This document shows, in pieces, positions 10,035 through 19,277 of a stretch of DNA of 64,000 nucleotides. Origin of the DNA: Deltaproteobacteria bacterium SG8_13 (GTDB lineage Bacteria > Desulfobacterota > Desulfobacteria > Desulfobacterales > SG8-13); the NCBI GenBank assembly GCA_001303025.1, contig LJNK01000004.1, forward strand, positions 1,516 through 65,515, in the 5' to 3' direction. Numbering within the stretch: the stretch's first letter is position 1; each line of letters starts with the position of its first letter. The translations under genes were made by a program, and so were the position numbers. Under the pieces are notes generated by a model that saw nothing but the letters and a program-made list of their open reading frames with translations, had not been told where the DNA came from and made no database searches.

Positions 10035-10112
10035 TGAACAGCTCCTCAATCACAGCCCGCCCCCGGCTGCCGGTTTCCCGGCAGGGGTGCAACGCTTTGG
10101 GAAATGAATATA

Positions 10113-10793
10113 TTAGAGACCCGGGACGTCTTCCGATGTCTCGACGATTAAACCCGCACGCTTGAATGCCTTGTATACTTTGCTTCGTTCGACATTGGAC
10201 TTCAGGTCGTATATTTTTTCACGGCATTCCATATAGATGTCAAACGCATATAGGCTCAATGAGTCGATCTTCGATTCAAAGGCAAACAGCGACTGCACCG
10301 TGCGGATGTCGCTGAGTTCTTTTTTCAGATGGTCTCTGATGACGGTTTTCAAGATGAGAATAAAGGCGGTGGCCTGGGAAGGGGTGAAATCTTGAACGGC
10401 CCGAATCCGGACGATCGGGTCCAGGTATGTTTTGACAGTCTCTTTGTCCGGCCCGGCAAGCAGCTGGTCGAACAAGCCGGCCAGCCCAACGCTGAGGCTC
10501 TGGCCGACGGGGTTGGAGATGGGGTCCTGAACGCTCTTCAGAAACTGTGCGGTATCCGGGGCATATGTTCGGGACACCCTTTCGAACCAATCCTTGACAA
10601 TGGCATCCTTTTTCTTCGCTAACTGTTTTTCAAGCCCCATCTCGGATCGCTTCCCGCTTGCCAGCTGTCCGGGGGAATGATTGGTTGCTGTAACCAGCTG
10701 AAATTCTACGAAATAGATGCTTTCAGCCGACCCCAGACGGTCAGTTGACTTAAAGAGAAGCCTATAATCAACTTCCAAAATCATGTCAAGCAT
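10113..10793 (-). CDS. hypothetical protein, RsbRD_N-like helical domain; start uncertain (possibly 10640)
   Basis: The segment KDAIVKDWFERVSRTYAPDTAQFLKSVQDPISNPVG recalls the RsbRD N-terminal domain. Lies directly upstream of dsrM on the same strand. Confidence 0.4.
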   Translation of the reverse strand: MLDMILEVDYRLLFKSTDRLGSAESIYFVEFQLVTATNHSPGQLASGKRSEMGLEKQLAKKKDAIVKDWFERVSRTYAPDTAQFLKSVQDPISNPVGQSLSVGLAGLFDQLLAGPDKETVKTYLDPIVRIRAVQDFTPSQATAFILILKTVIRDHLKKELSDIRTVQSLFAFESKIDSLSLYAFDIYMECREKIYDLKSNVERSKVYKAFKRAGLIVETSEDVPGL

Positions 10794-11167
10794 AAAACTC
10801 CTGCCACCGCAGTGCCGACGGCGGTGTCAGCCGGCGGTATTCAGCAGGAAACCGTCTTTCAGTTTTTTCTGGCTTTTGTAGATGGTCTCATGTACAATTT
10901 CCTGTAAATTGAGCCTTTTCAACTATCGATCGGATTGGCATCAAAAGTTGTACCAACCGGGTTGGCGTTGCTGGTATGGTATCGATCCCGAGCACATGTT
11001 GTGCCGTCATTCCACGATCGACCTTTCTATCTTTTCGGTGTATTGCCCACGTCTGCCCAAAATCGAATCAGTACTGTGAAACGGACAATGGAGGATTCTC
11101 TGCGCTATCCATCCAGACGAAACACCGTTTTCTTGTACAAGGATGTTTTTAATCAGGAGGCCGCCAA

Positions 11168-11782
11168 ATGATGAAACGCGGGGTAAAAACGTTTTGCCGG
11201 ATACTGATTGCCGCCTTGATCGCCAGCGGCTGTGCTTCCGGTCCCAAGGTCGAGAGAAAGGAAGTCGATACCACCATCGATCTGAGTGGTCGATGGAACG
11301 ATACGGATTCGCGCCTGGTGTCGGAAGAGATGATCGATGACTGTCTCAAGCGTCCCTGGCTGAAGCGATATGAAGACCGTCACGCAGGCAAGCCGCCCAC
11401 GGTGACTGTGGGGCAGGTTAAAAACCGCAGTCATGAGCACATCAATGTGCAGACCTTCGTCAAGGATCTGGAAAGAGCCCTGATCAATTCCGGGCAGGTG
11501 CAGTTTGTCGCCTCCAAAGGTGAACGCGAAGGTGTCCGCGAAGAGCGGTTGGACATGGCACAGCACGCCACAGACGAAACGATGAAAGAAGCCGGTCGGG
11601 AAATCGGCGCCGATTTCATGCTGATCGGCACGATCAACACGATCCGGGACGATATCGGCAGCGAGGCGGTAATGTATTATCAGGTCGACCTGGAACTGAT
11701 CTCCATGGAAAACAACCTGAAAGTCTGGATCGGAGACAAAAAAATCAAAAAGCTGATTAAAAAACCGAAAGTAAAATGGTAG
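11168..11782 (+). CDS. LpoB-like (COG3417) outer-membrane lipoprotein
   Basis: Lipobox LIASGC, RBS AGGAGG, and a conserved core GKPPTVTVGQVKNRSHEHINVQTF...ADFMLIGTI typical of LpoB/YcfM. Confidence 0.7.
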   Translation: MMKRGVKTFCRILIAALIASGCASGPKVERKEVDTTIDLSGRWNDTDSRLVSEEMIDDCLKRPWLKRYEDRHAGKPPTVTVGQVKNRSHEHINVQTFVKDLERALINSGQVQFVASKGEREGVREERLDMAQHATDETMKEAGREIGADFMLIGTINTIRDDIGSEAVMYYQVDLELISMENNLKVWIGDKKIKKLIKKPKVKW

Positions 11783-13170
11783 CTGCTGCGCCCTTTCGTG
11801 CTGTGGACCGATCGGCATGGACCGCCTCCACAGCCTTCATATGCCTTCACGGACTGATTGCATTCTGGATCTGGGGCTGCGGTCCCAAGATGGACCACTA
11901 CCAGCAGTTGGACCAGCATGTGTACCACCATCAATACGATGCGGCCCTGCAATTGATGCAGGCAAGCCGGGAAGGATATCAGGGGCGCAATGAAGCCCTG
12001 TTTTACATGGAGGAAGGCCTGCTGGCGCACTTTGCCGGCCGCTATAGGGAAAGCATTGACAGCCTGCTGAAAGCCGAGTCGATCCTCGATGAGCTCTACA
12101 CCCGCTCCATTTCGAAACAGGCCGCCTCTTTTGTGTTCAACGACAACACGATTCCCTACCGCGGAGAGGACTTCGAGGATGCCATGGTCAACCTCTACCT
12201 GGCATTGAACTTTGCCGCTCTGGGAGCCACCGAAGATGCGCTGGTGGAGGCCCGGCAGGTGGACAACGAATTGAACCTGATCAACTCTCGATACGATGAA
12301 GACCAGAAGAACGTATACCGTGAAGACGCCTTCATCCGGTTTTTGATGGGGGTGCTCTACGAATCGGGCAAAGAGATCAACGATGCGTTCATTTCTTACC
12401 GAAAATCGGAGGAAATCTATCGCAATGACTATGCCACTCACTATCGCGTCAGCGCACCGCGATTTCTGATCGAAAATCTGTTGGCCAGTGCCAGCGCACT
12501 CGGCTTTGACGCCGAAATAAAGCAGATTCGCCAACGCTATCCAGATGTCGAATTCCCGCGGCTCGAAGAAAAAAACGATCGTGCAGAAATCTTCATCATT
12601 CACTACAACGGCATCGGACCGAGCAAGATGGAACGGCAATGGCTCATTCCCATGCCTGACGGGTACATGGCCAGCATCGCGTATCCGGTTTTCGAGGAAA
12701 AGCCCTACCGGATTTCCAGCGGTATCGTCCATTTGCAGAACGTGGACGGCAACCGCCGGTTTGGGGGTCAGACGGAATTGATGGAAGACATCGGCTTTAT
12801 CGCGGTGCAAAATCTGGAAAACCGTATAAGCCGGATCAAGGCAAAGGCCATCACTCGCGCCACCAGCAAGTATATGGCCACCAAGGCGGCATCCAAGGCA
12901 GCCAATGACCAGGCCGGAGAACTGGCCGGTTTGCTGGTTCAGGTTGCCGGCAACATCGCTGCGGCAGCCACCGAACGAGCCGATGTTCGTCACTGGCGCA
13001 TGCTGCCAGATGAAATCAGGGTAGCCCGGATGCTGATTCCACCGGGCCTGTACGACGGGCAGATCGATTTCGTCGACGCCACCGGCAAGATCGTTCAGTC
13101 GACAACCCTGTCTGCCTTTGCAGTCAGCAGTGGTGAAAAAAAGTTTCTCTTCCAGCGGACGATGCAATAA
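11776..13170 (+). CDS. COG3014-like helical-repeat lipoprotein
   Basis: Lipobox-like WIWGC. TPR-like helical N-terminal half. 7-nt overlap with the lpoB-like gene. LpoB/COG3014 pairing is recalled from other Proteobacteria. Confidence 0.5.
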   Translation: MVAAAPFRAVDRSAWTASTAFICLHGLIAFWIWGCGPKMDHYQQLDQHVYHHQYDAALQLMQASREGYQGRNEALFYMEEGLLAHFAGRYRESIDSLLKAESILDELYTRSISKQAASFVFNDNTIPYRGEDFEDAMVNLYLALNFAALGATEDALVEARQVDNELNLINSRYDEDQKNVYREDAFIRFLMGVLYESGKEINDAFISYRKSEEIYRNDYATHYRVSAPRFLIENLLASASALGFDAEIKQIRQRYPDVEFPRLEEKNDRAEIFIIHYNGIGPSKMERQWLIPMPDGYMASIAYPVFEEKPYRISSGIVHLQNVDGNRRFGGQTELMEDIGFIAVQNLENRISRIKAKAITRATSKYMATKAASKAANDQAGELAGLLVQVAGNIAAAATERADVRHWRMLPDEIRVARMLIPPGLYDGQIDFVDATGKIVQSTTLSAFAVSSGEKKFLFQRTMQ

Positions 13171-13329
13171 GGCGATGGCTACCCGAACCGATGCCGGTTG
13201 TCATGCGCCTCGTAATCTGAAAAAACCATTTATCCGCGGAGGTCAAGAGAACGCCGGTTGGACCCTACGCGCTGCAGGTCGGCGCAGTCGCCGGCATTGT
13301 TTTCGAAAGACCCGGAAAAGGTGACACCC

Positions 13330-14556
13330 GTGCAGCACTATCGCAGCTTTATCCATTGCCTCTCCATCCTGGCGGCCGCAGCCCTTCTGTCTTGGTCGGG
13401 TTGCGCCGGCAAAGCGTCGCAACCGGTCCCCGAGGACGACATCCGCTCCCGCTCCGATCGCGCATTTGACGACCTGCAGGCGCAGGAGCAGGGGCGCCCC
13501 GCGGAGCCCGATTCGGCCCGGACACCGCCTCCCAGCGCCCCCCCTGCGCCTGGTTCCACCGTGGCCGAGGAGGCGGTACCAATTGACACCGGTGGCACGC
13601 CCGCGTGGATTGACGGACAAAGCAGACAATTCCCACCCGGCAGGTACCTCACCGGGGTCGGCTATGGAAACGAACGGCCGGCGGCGGAAGACAAAGCCAG
13701 GGCCGAAATCGCCAAAATATTTACCAGTCATATCGACTCGAGCAACCGCACCTACCAGGAGATTTTCGAAAGCCGCACCGGCGGCAAGTCCCGCAGCGCC
13801 GAAAGCATTAACTTCGAGGAGATCACCCGTGTGTCGACCCAGAAGGTGCTGTCCGGCGTTCGCATCGGCCGGGTGTACCGGGATCCATCCGCTTCCCCCG
13901 AATATTACGCCCTGGCGGTTCTCGATCGAATCCAGGCCGCAGAAATCCTTCGTAGCAGGATCGTGGAACTCGACCGGCAGATCGAGCAACTGTTAAGCGA
14001 CAGTCGCAATCAGACCGACAAGCTCACCCGGATCAAATTGATGCGGAGCTGCATCGAGCAGCATGCGCTGCGACAGGCATATAACGCCGAGTTGCGAATC
14101 GTAGAGCGCAGCGGAAGGGGGATACCCCCCCCGGTCAACATTGCCGAAATTAAAACCCAGTTCGCCGGTGCGCTGCTGAAAGATTTCCTGATAGCCCTGT
14201 CGGTGCAAGGTTCGCGGGCGGACGAGGTGCGCCGCGCTCTGGTGGAAGCGCTCAACAGCAAGGGTTTTTCCGTCTCCGAACAAATCAGCAGTGCCAGTGT
14301 TTTGGCCAGAGGCCGGGTTGAAATCAAACCGATTCCCCAGAGTGACGCCGATTGGAAATTCGTGCGCTGGAGTGCCTATTTCGATCTGGTCGATCAAAAT
14401 GGTGGTGCGGTTTTCGGCAGTGTACATAAATCCGGCAAGTCCGGTCACCTGACCACCGCCCAGGCCGAAGATCGGGCGGTGAGAAGCATCCGCCAGAGCC
14501 TGGCAGCGGAAATATCCGAGGATTTGAGCAATTATATCTTACGCCAGAGCCGTTAG
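13330..14556 (+). CDS. LPP20/FlgP-like domain lipoprotein with Pro/Ala-rich linker
   Basis: GTG at 13330 follows AAGGTG. Lipobox LSWSGC. LPP20-type motif YLTGVGYGNERPAAEDKARAEIAKIF, and a second similar helix near the C-terminus (AQAEDRAVRSIRQSLAAEI). Confidence 0.6.
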   Translation: MQHYRSFIHCLSILAAAALLSWSGCAGKASQPVPEDDIRSRSDRAFDDLQAQEQGRPAEPDSARTPPPSAPPAPGSTVAEEAVPIDTGGTPAWIDGQSRQFPPGRYLTGVGYGNERPAAEDKARAEIAKIFTSHIDSSNRTYQEIFESRTGGKSRSAESINFEEITRVSTQKVLSGVRIGRVYRDPSASPEYYALAVLDRIQAAEILRSRIVELDRQIEQLLSDSRNQTDKLTRIKLMRSCIEQHALRQAYNAELRIVERSGRGIPPPVNIAEIKTQFAGALLKDFLIALSVQGSRADEVRRALVEALNSKGFSVSEQISSASVLARGRVEIKPIPQSDADWKFVRWSAYFDLVDQNGGAVFGSVHKSGKSGHLTTAQAEDRAVRSIRQSLAAEISEDLSNYILRQSR

Positions 14557-14597
14557 CCGCTGCATGTGCGGCCCGGAATGAAAGGAGGTGAAATGCA

Positions 14598-15779
14598 GTG
14601 AAGAAGAAAATGCTAACTGCATGGATTGCCGGTATGCAGGTTATCTGCCTGACCGTGGGCCTGTCCGTTGCACCGGCAGCAACACCGAAGGAGATCTACC
14701 AGCAAGCCGGTCCGGCTGTCGTGTTCATCCTGGCGGCTGATAATTCGCAAACCGGCAGCGTGGGAACCGGCTCCATAATTCGCAATGACGGACTGGTGAT
14801 CACAAATGCCCATGTCTTTATTAAACCTGGTACAACACGGCTGAAAAAAGACGTGTCGGTGTATTTGAAGCCACGCAGAGTCACCGGCAATCACAAGACC
14901 GATTTGTCGAACCGATACCGGGGCAGAATCCTGGCGTACGACATCCCCCTGGACCTGGCCCTGCTGCAAATCGAGGGAGTAGACCGACCACTGAGTCGAA
15001 TTGAATTTGCCGACTCGACCGATGTGGTTGTCGGAGACCAGGTCTATGCCATCGGACATCCCGAACAGGGCGGCCTCTGGAGCCTGACGACGGGCGTCAT
15101 CAGTGCTTTTCGGCAGAATTACGGTGGTGTCCATGGGAAAAACCTGTTCCAGACCGATGCCAGCATCAACCGCGGAAATTCGGGCGGCCCATTGCTGGAC
15201 ACACAGGGGAACATGGTCGGCATCAATTCCCTGATCGCCAGAAAGGCTGCGGACGGCCTGACCATTACCGACGTAAACTATTCGATCATGTCCAGCGTGG
15301 CACTCAACTGGCTTGCAAGTATTGGATACCGCTTTGATACTTTTCGCACGGCCGCAGCCGCTCCGGCAGCACAGGGATCCGGCAGCCCCATGGACCAACA
15401 GCCGCTGAAAGCAGAACCGACACCGCAAACCGAACCTTCGCCGAACCCGCCCGAACAGCCTGTTGAGATTTTGCCAAAACCGTCAGAACCGGTTAAATCC
15501 GCTCCGGTTCCAGAATCCCCCCCGAAATTGGAAACCCCGCCGCCGCCGATAACACCGGAAAAGCAGCTGGATTCGCCTCCTGGGTCAGTACCGCAGCAAC
15601 CGACTCCTGAGATTTCGCCCCCGGCGGACAGGAAATCGAGCGAAGCACCTGGCGGTGGGAAAATTCTCACCCAGAAAAAGCCATACAAGATGAGCAAGCT
15701 TCTGCGGGAGATGCAGGAGATGGAAGATATGATGGAAGACATGAAAGGCAAAATACAGAGGTACAAAAAAAGCCAGTAA
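14598..15779 (+). CDS. secreted trypsin-like (S1C/HtrA-like, no PDZ) serine protease with Pro-rich tail
   Basis: Signal peptide. Catalytic triad contexts TNAHV, DLALL and GNSGGPL. The C-terminal 120 aa are Pro-rich (PSPNPPEQPVEILPKPSEPVKSAPVPESPP). Confidence 0.8.
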   Translation: MKKKMLTAWIAGMQVICLTVGLSVAPAATPKEIYQQAGPAVVFILAADNSQTGSVGTGSIIRNDGLVITNAHVFIKPGTTRLKKDVSVYLKPRRVTGNHKTDLSNRYRGRILAYDIPLDLALLQIEGVDRPLSRIEFADSTDVVVGDQVYAIGHPEQGGLWSLTTGVISAFRQNYGGVHGKNLFQTDASINRGNSGGPLLDTQGNMVGINSLIARKAADGLTITDVNYSIMSSVALNWLASIGYRFDTFRTAAAAPAAQGSGSPMDQQPLKAEPTPQTEPSPNPPEQPVEILPKPSEPVKSAPVPESPPKLETPPPPITPEKQLDSPPGSVPQQPTPEISPPADRKSSEAPGGGKILTQKKPYKMSKLLREMQEMEDMMEDMKGKIQRYKKSQ

Positions 15780-15795
15780 CAGCAAGGAGGAAATT

Positions 15796-16377
15796 ATGAA
15801 AGCAAAAAACTTGACGATTCTGGGGATCATGTTGTTGACAGCGGTCTTCATGGCCGTCGGATGTTCGTCGACGCCCGACACGGCCCCGAGCGCCGATACG
15901 GCCGCCCAAGGCCCTGAATGGGTAATGAAAGGAAGCGGTGCGTTCGATGTAGACGGAAGCAAGGTGTTTTACGGTGTCGGCGTGGCATCCGGAATTCGCA
16001 ACAAGGCGCTGCTGCGGGAAACATCCGACAACCGGGCCCGGGCGGAAATCGCCAAGACGATGGAAGTCTATGTCGCCAGCCTGAGCAAAGACTACATGGC
16101 TTCCACCACCGCCGGCGATATGTCCTCATCTTCGGAAGAACAACACGTGGAAAATGCCTTGAAAACATTTACCAAATCGACCCTGCACGGCGCCACCATC
16201 GTCGACCGCTGGATGGATCCGGCCGATGGCTCCATGTACTCTCTGTGTGAACTGGACCTGATCAGGTTCAAGGAAGCCCTGGATGACTACAAGGAGCTGG
16301 ATGCAAAGGTCAGGGATTACGTTCGCGAAAATGCAGATTCAATGCACGAAGAGCTGGAAGAAATGGAAAACCGATAG
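15796..16377 (+). CDS. LPP20-family lipoprotein
   Basis: RBS AAGGAGG, lipobox MAVGCS, motif FYGVGVASGIRNKALLRETSDNRARAEIAKTMEVYV. Confidence 0.7.
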   Translation: MKAKNLTILGIMLLTAVFMAVGCSSTPDTAPSADTAAQGPEWVMKGSGAFDVDGSKVFYGVGVASGIRNKALLRETSDNRARAEIAKTMEVYVASLSKDYMASTTAGDMSSSSEEQHVENALKTFTKSTLHGATIVDRWMDPADGSMYSLCELDLIRFKEALDDYKELDAKVRDYVRENADSMHEELEEMENR

Positions 16378-16482
16378 CCCGAATATTACCAACAGAATGG
16401 TACTCTCCGGTCAATATCATTGCGAAAGCGGCGACGGGCAATCGTCGCCGCTTTTTGCCCTTTGAACTGCAGCGTTGACGCG

Positions 16483-17427
16483 TTATGGACCGGAAATCGT
16501 CCGGATGAACTCTTCTGAAAGCTCGACCTCCATCTCGACCCTGACCGAACCGTCCGGCAGTTGCTCCCGGCTTACCACCCGCGCACCCTGAAGAGTGGTG
16601 TTTAGCTGCATGCGGATGCTGTCGTTCTGGGTCATCATCTGCTCGATGGTGGTGTCGGCAGCAACATGGGTACCCTTGATTTCTTCCACCAGGTTGCGCA
16701 TGGCATCGCCCTTGGCAGCCCGGAAGGCCATGCTTTTCGCCTGGGCGGGGTTCTGGAATTTGGCGGACGGAAAGCCGATCCCTTCGGCTCTGAATACCCG
16801 GGTCTGAATTTTCGGTTTGTTCAGATGGGGAATCTCGTCATCATACAGCGATATCCAATCGCTTCTTTTATCCAATTCGGCATCGGCGGAGCTCAACAGG
16901 CTGCCGGAAGTCACATCGATGACCCGAGTGCTCAGGTAAAAAACGCTCCCGAGATCCGAAAGTTTTCCGGTGACAATGGCCTCGGCACCTAAAATTTTAC
17001 CGAATTCGGCGGCACTGCTTTCATCGGCAAACGGTGACAGCTGAAATTTCTGCTCGGCAATCACCCGGTCGATGAGATCCCTTTCCAGAACGGAAAACCG
17101 GCCCGATCGTACCAACCCGGATATCAACTTGTCCGTGACCACTCGCCCGAGCCGCGTTATCTTCCCCTGATCGGTCACAAAATCCGCCACCGCCATCACG
17201 GCCGGCTTATCGGCAGTGATCGCACGGGTTTTGGTGAGATCGCCGACCACGGAGGCCGTCAAATAATTCACCGTCTCGTTCAATTCTGAAAATCGGGGCG
17301 TTTCAAATGCACCACCGGCGGCCTGGGATTGTCCCGCCGGCTGTTTCTTTAACGCCGCCGGCTTGGATGCACAGCCGATCAGGCCGATTATGGCCAAAAG
17401 AATGCATGCAGCGCTGAGGCTTTTCAC
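16483..17427 (-). CDS. lipoprotein with FlgO/LpoB-like N-terminal domain and LPP20/FlgP-like C-terminal domain
   Basis: GTG at 17427 follows AAGGAGAA. Lipobox LIGCAS. N-domain AVADFVTDQG...SVLERDLIDRVIAEQKFQ...AIVTGKL. C-domain AQAKSMAFRAAKGDAMRNLVEEIKG. Confidence 0.6.
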   Translation of the reverse strand: MKSLSAACILLAIIGLIGCASKPAALKKQPAGQSQAAGGAFETPRFSELNETVNYLTASVVGDLTKTRAITADKPAVMAVADFVTDQGKITRLGRVVTDKLISGLVRSGRFSVLERDLIDRVIAEQKFQLSPFADESSAAEFGKILGAEAIVTGKLSDLGSVFYLSTRVIDVTSGSLLSSADAELDKRSDWISLYDDEIPHLNKPKIQTRVFRAEGIGFPSAKFQNPAQAKSMAFRAAKGDAMRNLVEEIKGTHVAADTTIEQMMTQNDSIRMQLNTTLQGARVVSREQLPDGSVRVEMEVELSEEFIRTISGP

Positions 17428-17574
17428 GTTATTCTCCTTGGGAAGGGTAAATGAATGAAGGCGATTATAGCAAAACGGGGAAATCAGCGTCAACAGCGCC
17501 TCCAAGGCAGGGAGTCACGCGGATGGCATAAACGTCTTTCCGCACGGCTGTAAAAATCCGTTGACCCGGTCGGT

Positions 17575-18267
17575 CTATCTTCCGATCAGAAACTTCCTTG
17601 TCTTGCAGTAGCTTTCCTTAATCCAGCTGGCAGCATATTCAACAAAGGTCCGATGGTAATAGATCCGGTCTTCGGCAGTCATCATATCCATCTGGCGATT
17701 GTATTTTAATTTCGCCCAGGCGTTGGTATCGAATTTTCGGAACAGGTGAAACAGGTACCGGTTCAACGGTGCAATCCGTTTTTTCCGGATGACGGCAACA
17801 CCGAAATCCACCAGGCAAGGGTGTTTGCCCTCTACCACTAGCGTATTGTCTTTTTTCTTCAGGTCGCCATGGGCGACACCGGCAGCGTGCATGCGCTGGA
17901 TCAGCTGCAGCAGGGCGTTGAAGAAAAACTCCGGATCTTCGATCCGGGCATGCCGAATCGGCGTGCCCTCGACATACGCCAGAATCAGATACCTTTTTTG
18001 GAGGAATCCGTGGCATTGGGGGATCCCGTCGATGCCGGCAAGTGTCTGGTAGACCCGGTGTTCGTTTGCCAGCATCCACCTGCGAATGAACCACGCCACC
18101 CCGCGTCCCATGGGCGCCTTTATAACAAGGCGCTGGCCATTGCGGTGGAATATAAATGTTTGTCCTTGGTAGCCGTGGCTTAAGACATTTCTATTCTCGG
18201 AGACGCTGGTTCGGATCCATTCCAGCAATTCGTTTTCCGGAACACCGGCAATCCGGGCAGACTTCAT
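17575..18267 (-). CDS. protein-kinase-fold protein (RIO / Kdo-kinase / InaA-like)
   Basis: Catalytic loop HGDLKKKDN and DFG motif (LVDFGVAV). Small single-domain kinase fold. Confidence 0.6.
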   Translation of the reverse strand: MKSARIAGVPENELLEWIRTSVSENRNVLSHGYQGQTFIFHRNGQRLVIKAPMGRGVAWFIRRWMLANEHRVYQTLAGIDGIPQCHGFLQKRYLILAYVEGTPIRHARIEDPEFFFNALLQLIQRMHAAGVAHGDLKKKDNTLVVEGKHPCLVDFGVAVIRKKRIAPLNRYLFHLFRKFDTNAWAKLKYNRQMDMMTAEDRIYYHRTFVEYAASWIKESYCKTRKFLIGR

Positions 18268-18388
18268 CGACGGGAATCCCTTGCCACTGCGGCAGTGCGG
18301 TGTTTGCAGAAAAAAACCCTTCCCTGCAAAACGGTGGTTTTATTGTTCAGACATGCTGGGAGCAGTAGCTGTTCGGACGCGCACCCGA

Positions 18389-18961
18389 TTACAGTTTCAG
18401 GTACAGATAATAGAGACATGCCAGTAGAATCAGAGCGATGATCGGCTCACCGTTCTGTCGCAGGCTCTGGTAAAAAGACCAGCTGCCGCCCGGGCTTCCG
18501 ACGGTTTTGAAGCGCGGGATCAACGCCCGGGTGTGCATGCGCCAGTTTTCCCACTGCTCGGTGAAGAGCTGACGAAGTTTTTCATCTTCGCTTTTGATCG
18601 CCTGGGGATAAAATGCGATGAGAATGCCGACAAAGAGTGGAAATCCCCACCACAATCCGCACGCCAAGGAAAATCCGATCCCCAGCAAAATATTGCCGAC
18701 ATACAGCGGATGGCGCACATACGTGTAAGGCCCATCGGTTGCCAGCATCTTGTCTTTTTTGATGTGCCCGGAGGCCCACAACCGGACGGCAATACCGGCG
18801 ACGGCCAACAAAAATCCCGGCCAATACAGCAGCCCCTTGGGATTGCCTGCCGCTGTGACCAGCAGCAGAAACGATATGCCGATAAACTGCCGGTAACGGT
18901 CACGACGATGCCGGATGTCATGTAACAGTTTCTGAAAACCAAGACTTTTGATCATTGGCAT
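18389..18961 (-). CDS. isoprenylcysteine carboxyl methyltransferase (ICMT)-like membrane methyltransferase
   Basis: Motif GPYTYVRHPLYVGNILLGIGF and 4-5 TM helices. The start is taken at the internal MPMIKSLG. Confidence 0.7.
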   Translation of the reverse strand: MPMIKSLGFQKLLHDIRHRRDRYRQFIGISFLLLVTAAGNPKGLLYWPGFLLAVAGIAVRLWASGHIKKDKMLATDGPYTYVRHPLYVGNILLGIGFSLACGLWWGFPLFVGILIAFYPQAIKSEDEKLRQLFTEQWENWRMHTRALIPRFKTVGSPGGSWSFYQSLRQNGEPIIALILLACLYYLYLKL

Positions 18962-19215
18962 TCTCTCTTTTCTTTTTTGGAGGTGCCGCTGCAGACCATG
19001 CAACTCGAGATTAAAATAGAAAATATGCATAGCGGTGTCAACTTGGAATGAACTCTTCCATCGCCCCTGCAATATCGCGCACCGGCCATGGCGCGACGTG
19101 GTTCGGGAAAGGCCCTACAAGGTTTTTCACGGATCCTTCCGCCCCTTCAGCGACTCCGATCAGAAGATGTACCGCCGTATTTCTGCCGGAAACATGTTGT
19201 CCGGGTATAGATTAT

Positions 19216-19245
19216 AAAAAACGGCTAACCCGTTCGGGTTAGCCG
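19216..19245 (-). terminator. rho-independent terminator (minus-strand specific)
   Basis: On the minus strand, CGGCUAACCCG-AAC-GGGUUAGCCG (10-bp perfect stem) is followed by UUUUUU. No U-run follows it on the plus strand. Confidence 0.7.
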
Positions 19246-19277
19246 TGAAAGGAGGAAAACAGATGAAAGATTCATCT
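19216..19277 (-). ncRNA. candidate sRNA 3' module B: hairpin, single-stranded CCUCCUUUCA, terminator (5' end unknown)
   Basis: Minus-strand layout: hairpin AGAUGA-AUCUU-UCAUCU (19277-19261), GUUUU, CCUCCUUUCA (19255-19246), terminator hairpin, U6. Confidence 0.3.

Noticed and set aside
10936-10952. TGGCAT-N6-TTGT resembling a sigma54 -24/-12 promoter between the divergent RsbRD_N-like and lpoB-like genes
   Set aside because: The GG-to-GC spacing is off by one and the -12 element is GT rather than GC. No enhancer-binding protein gene is nearby.
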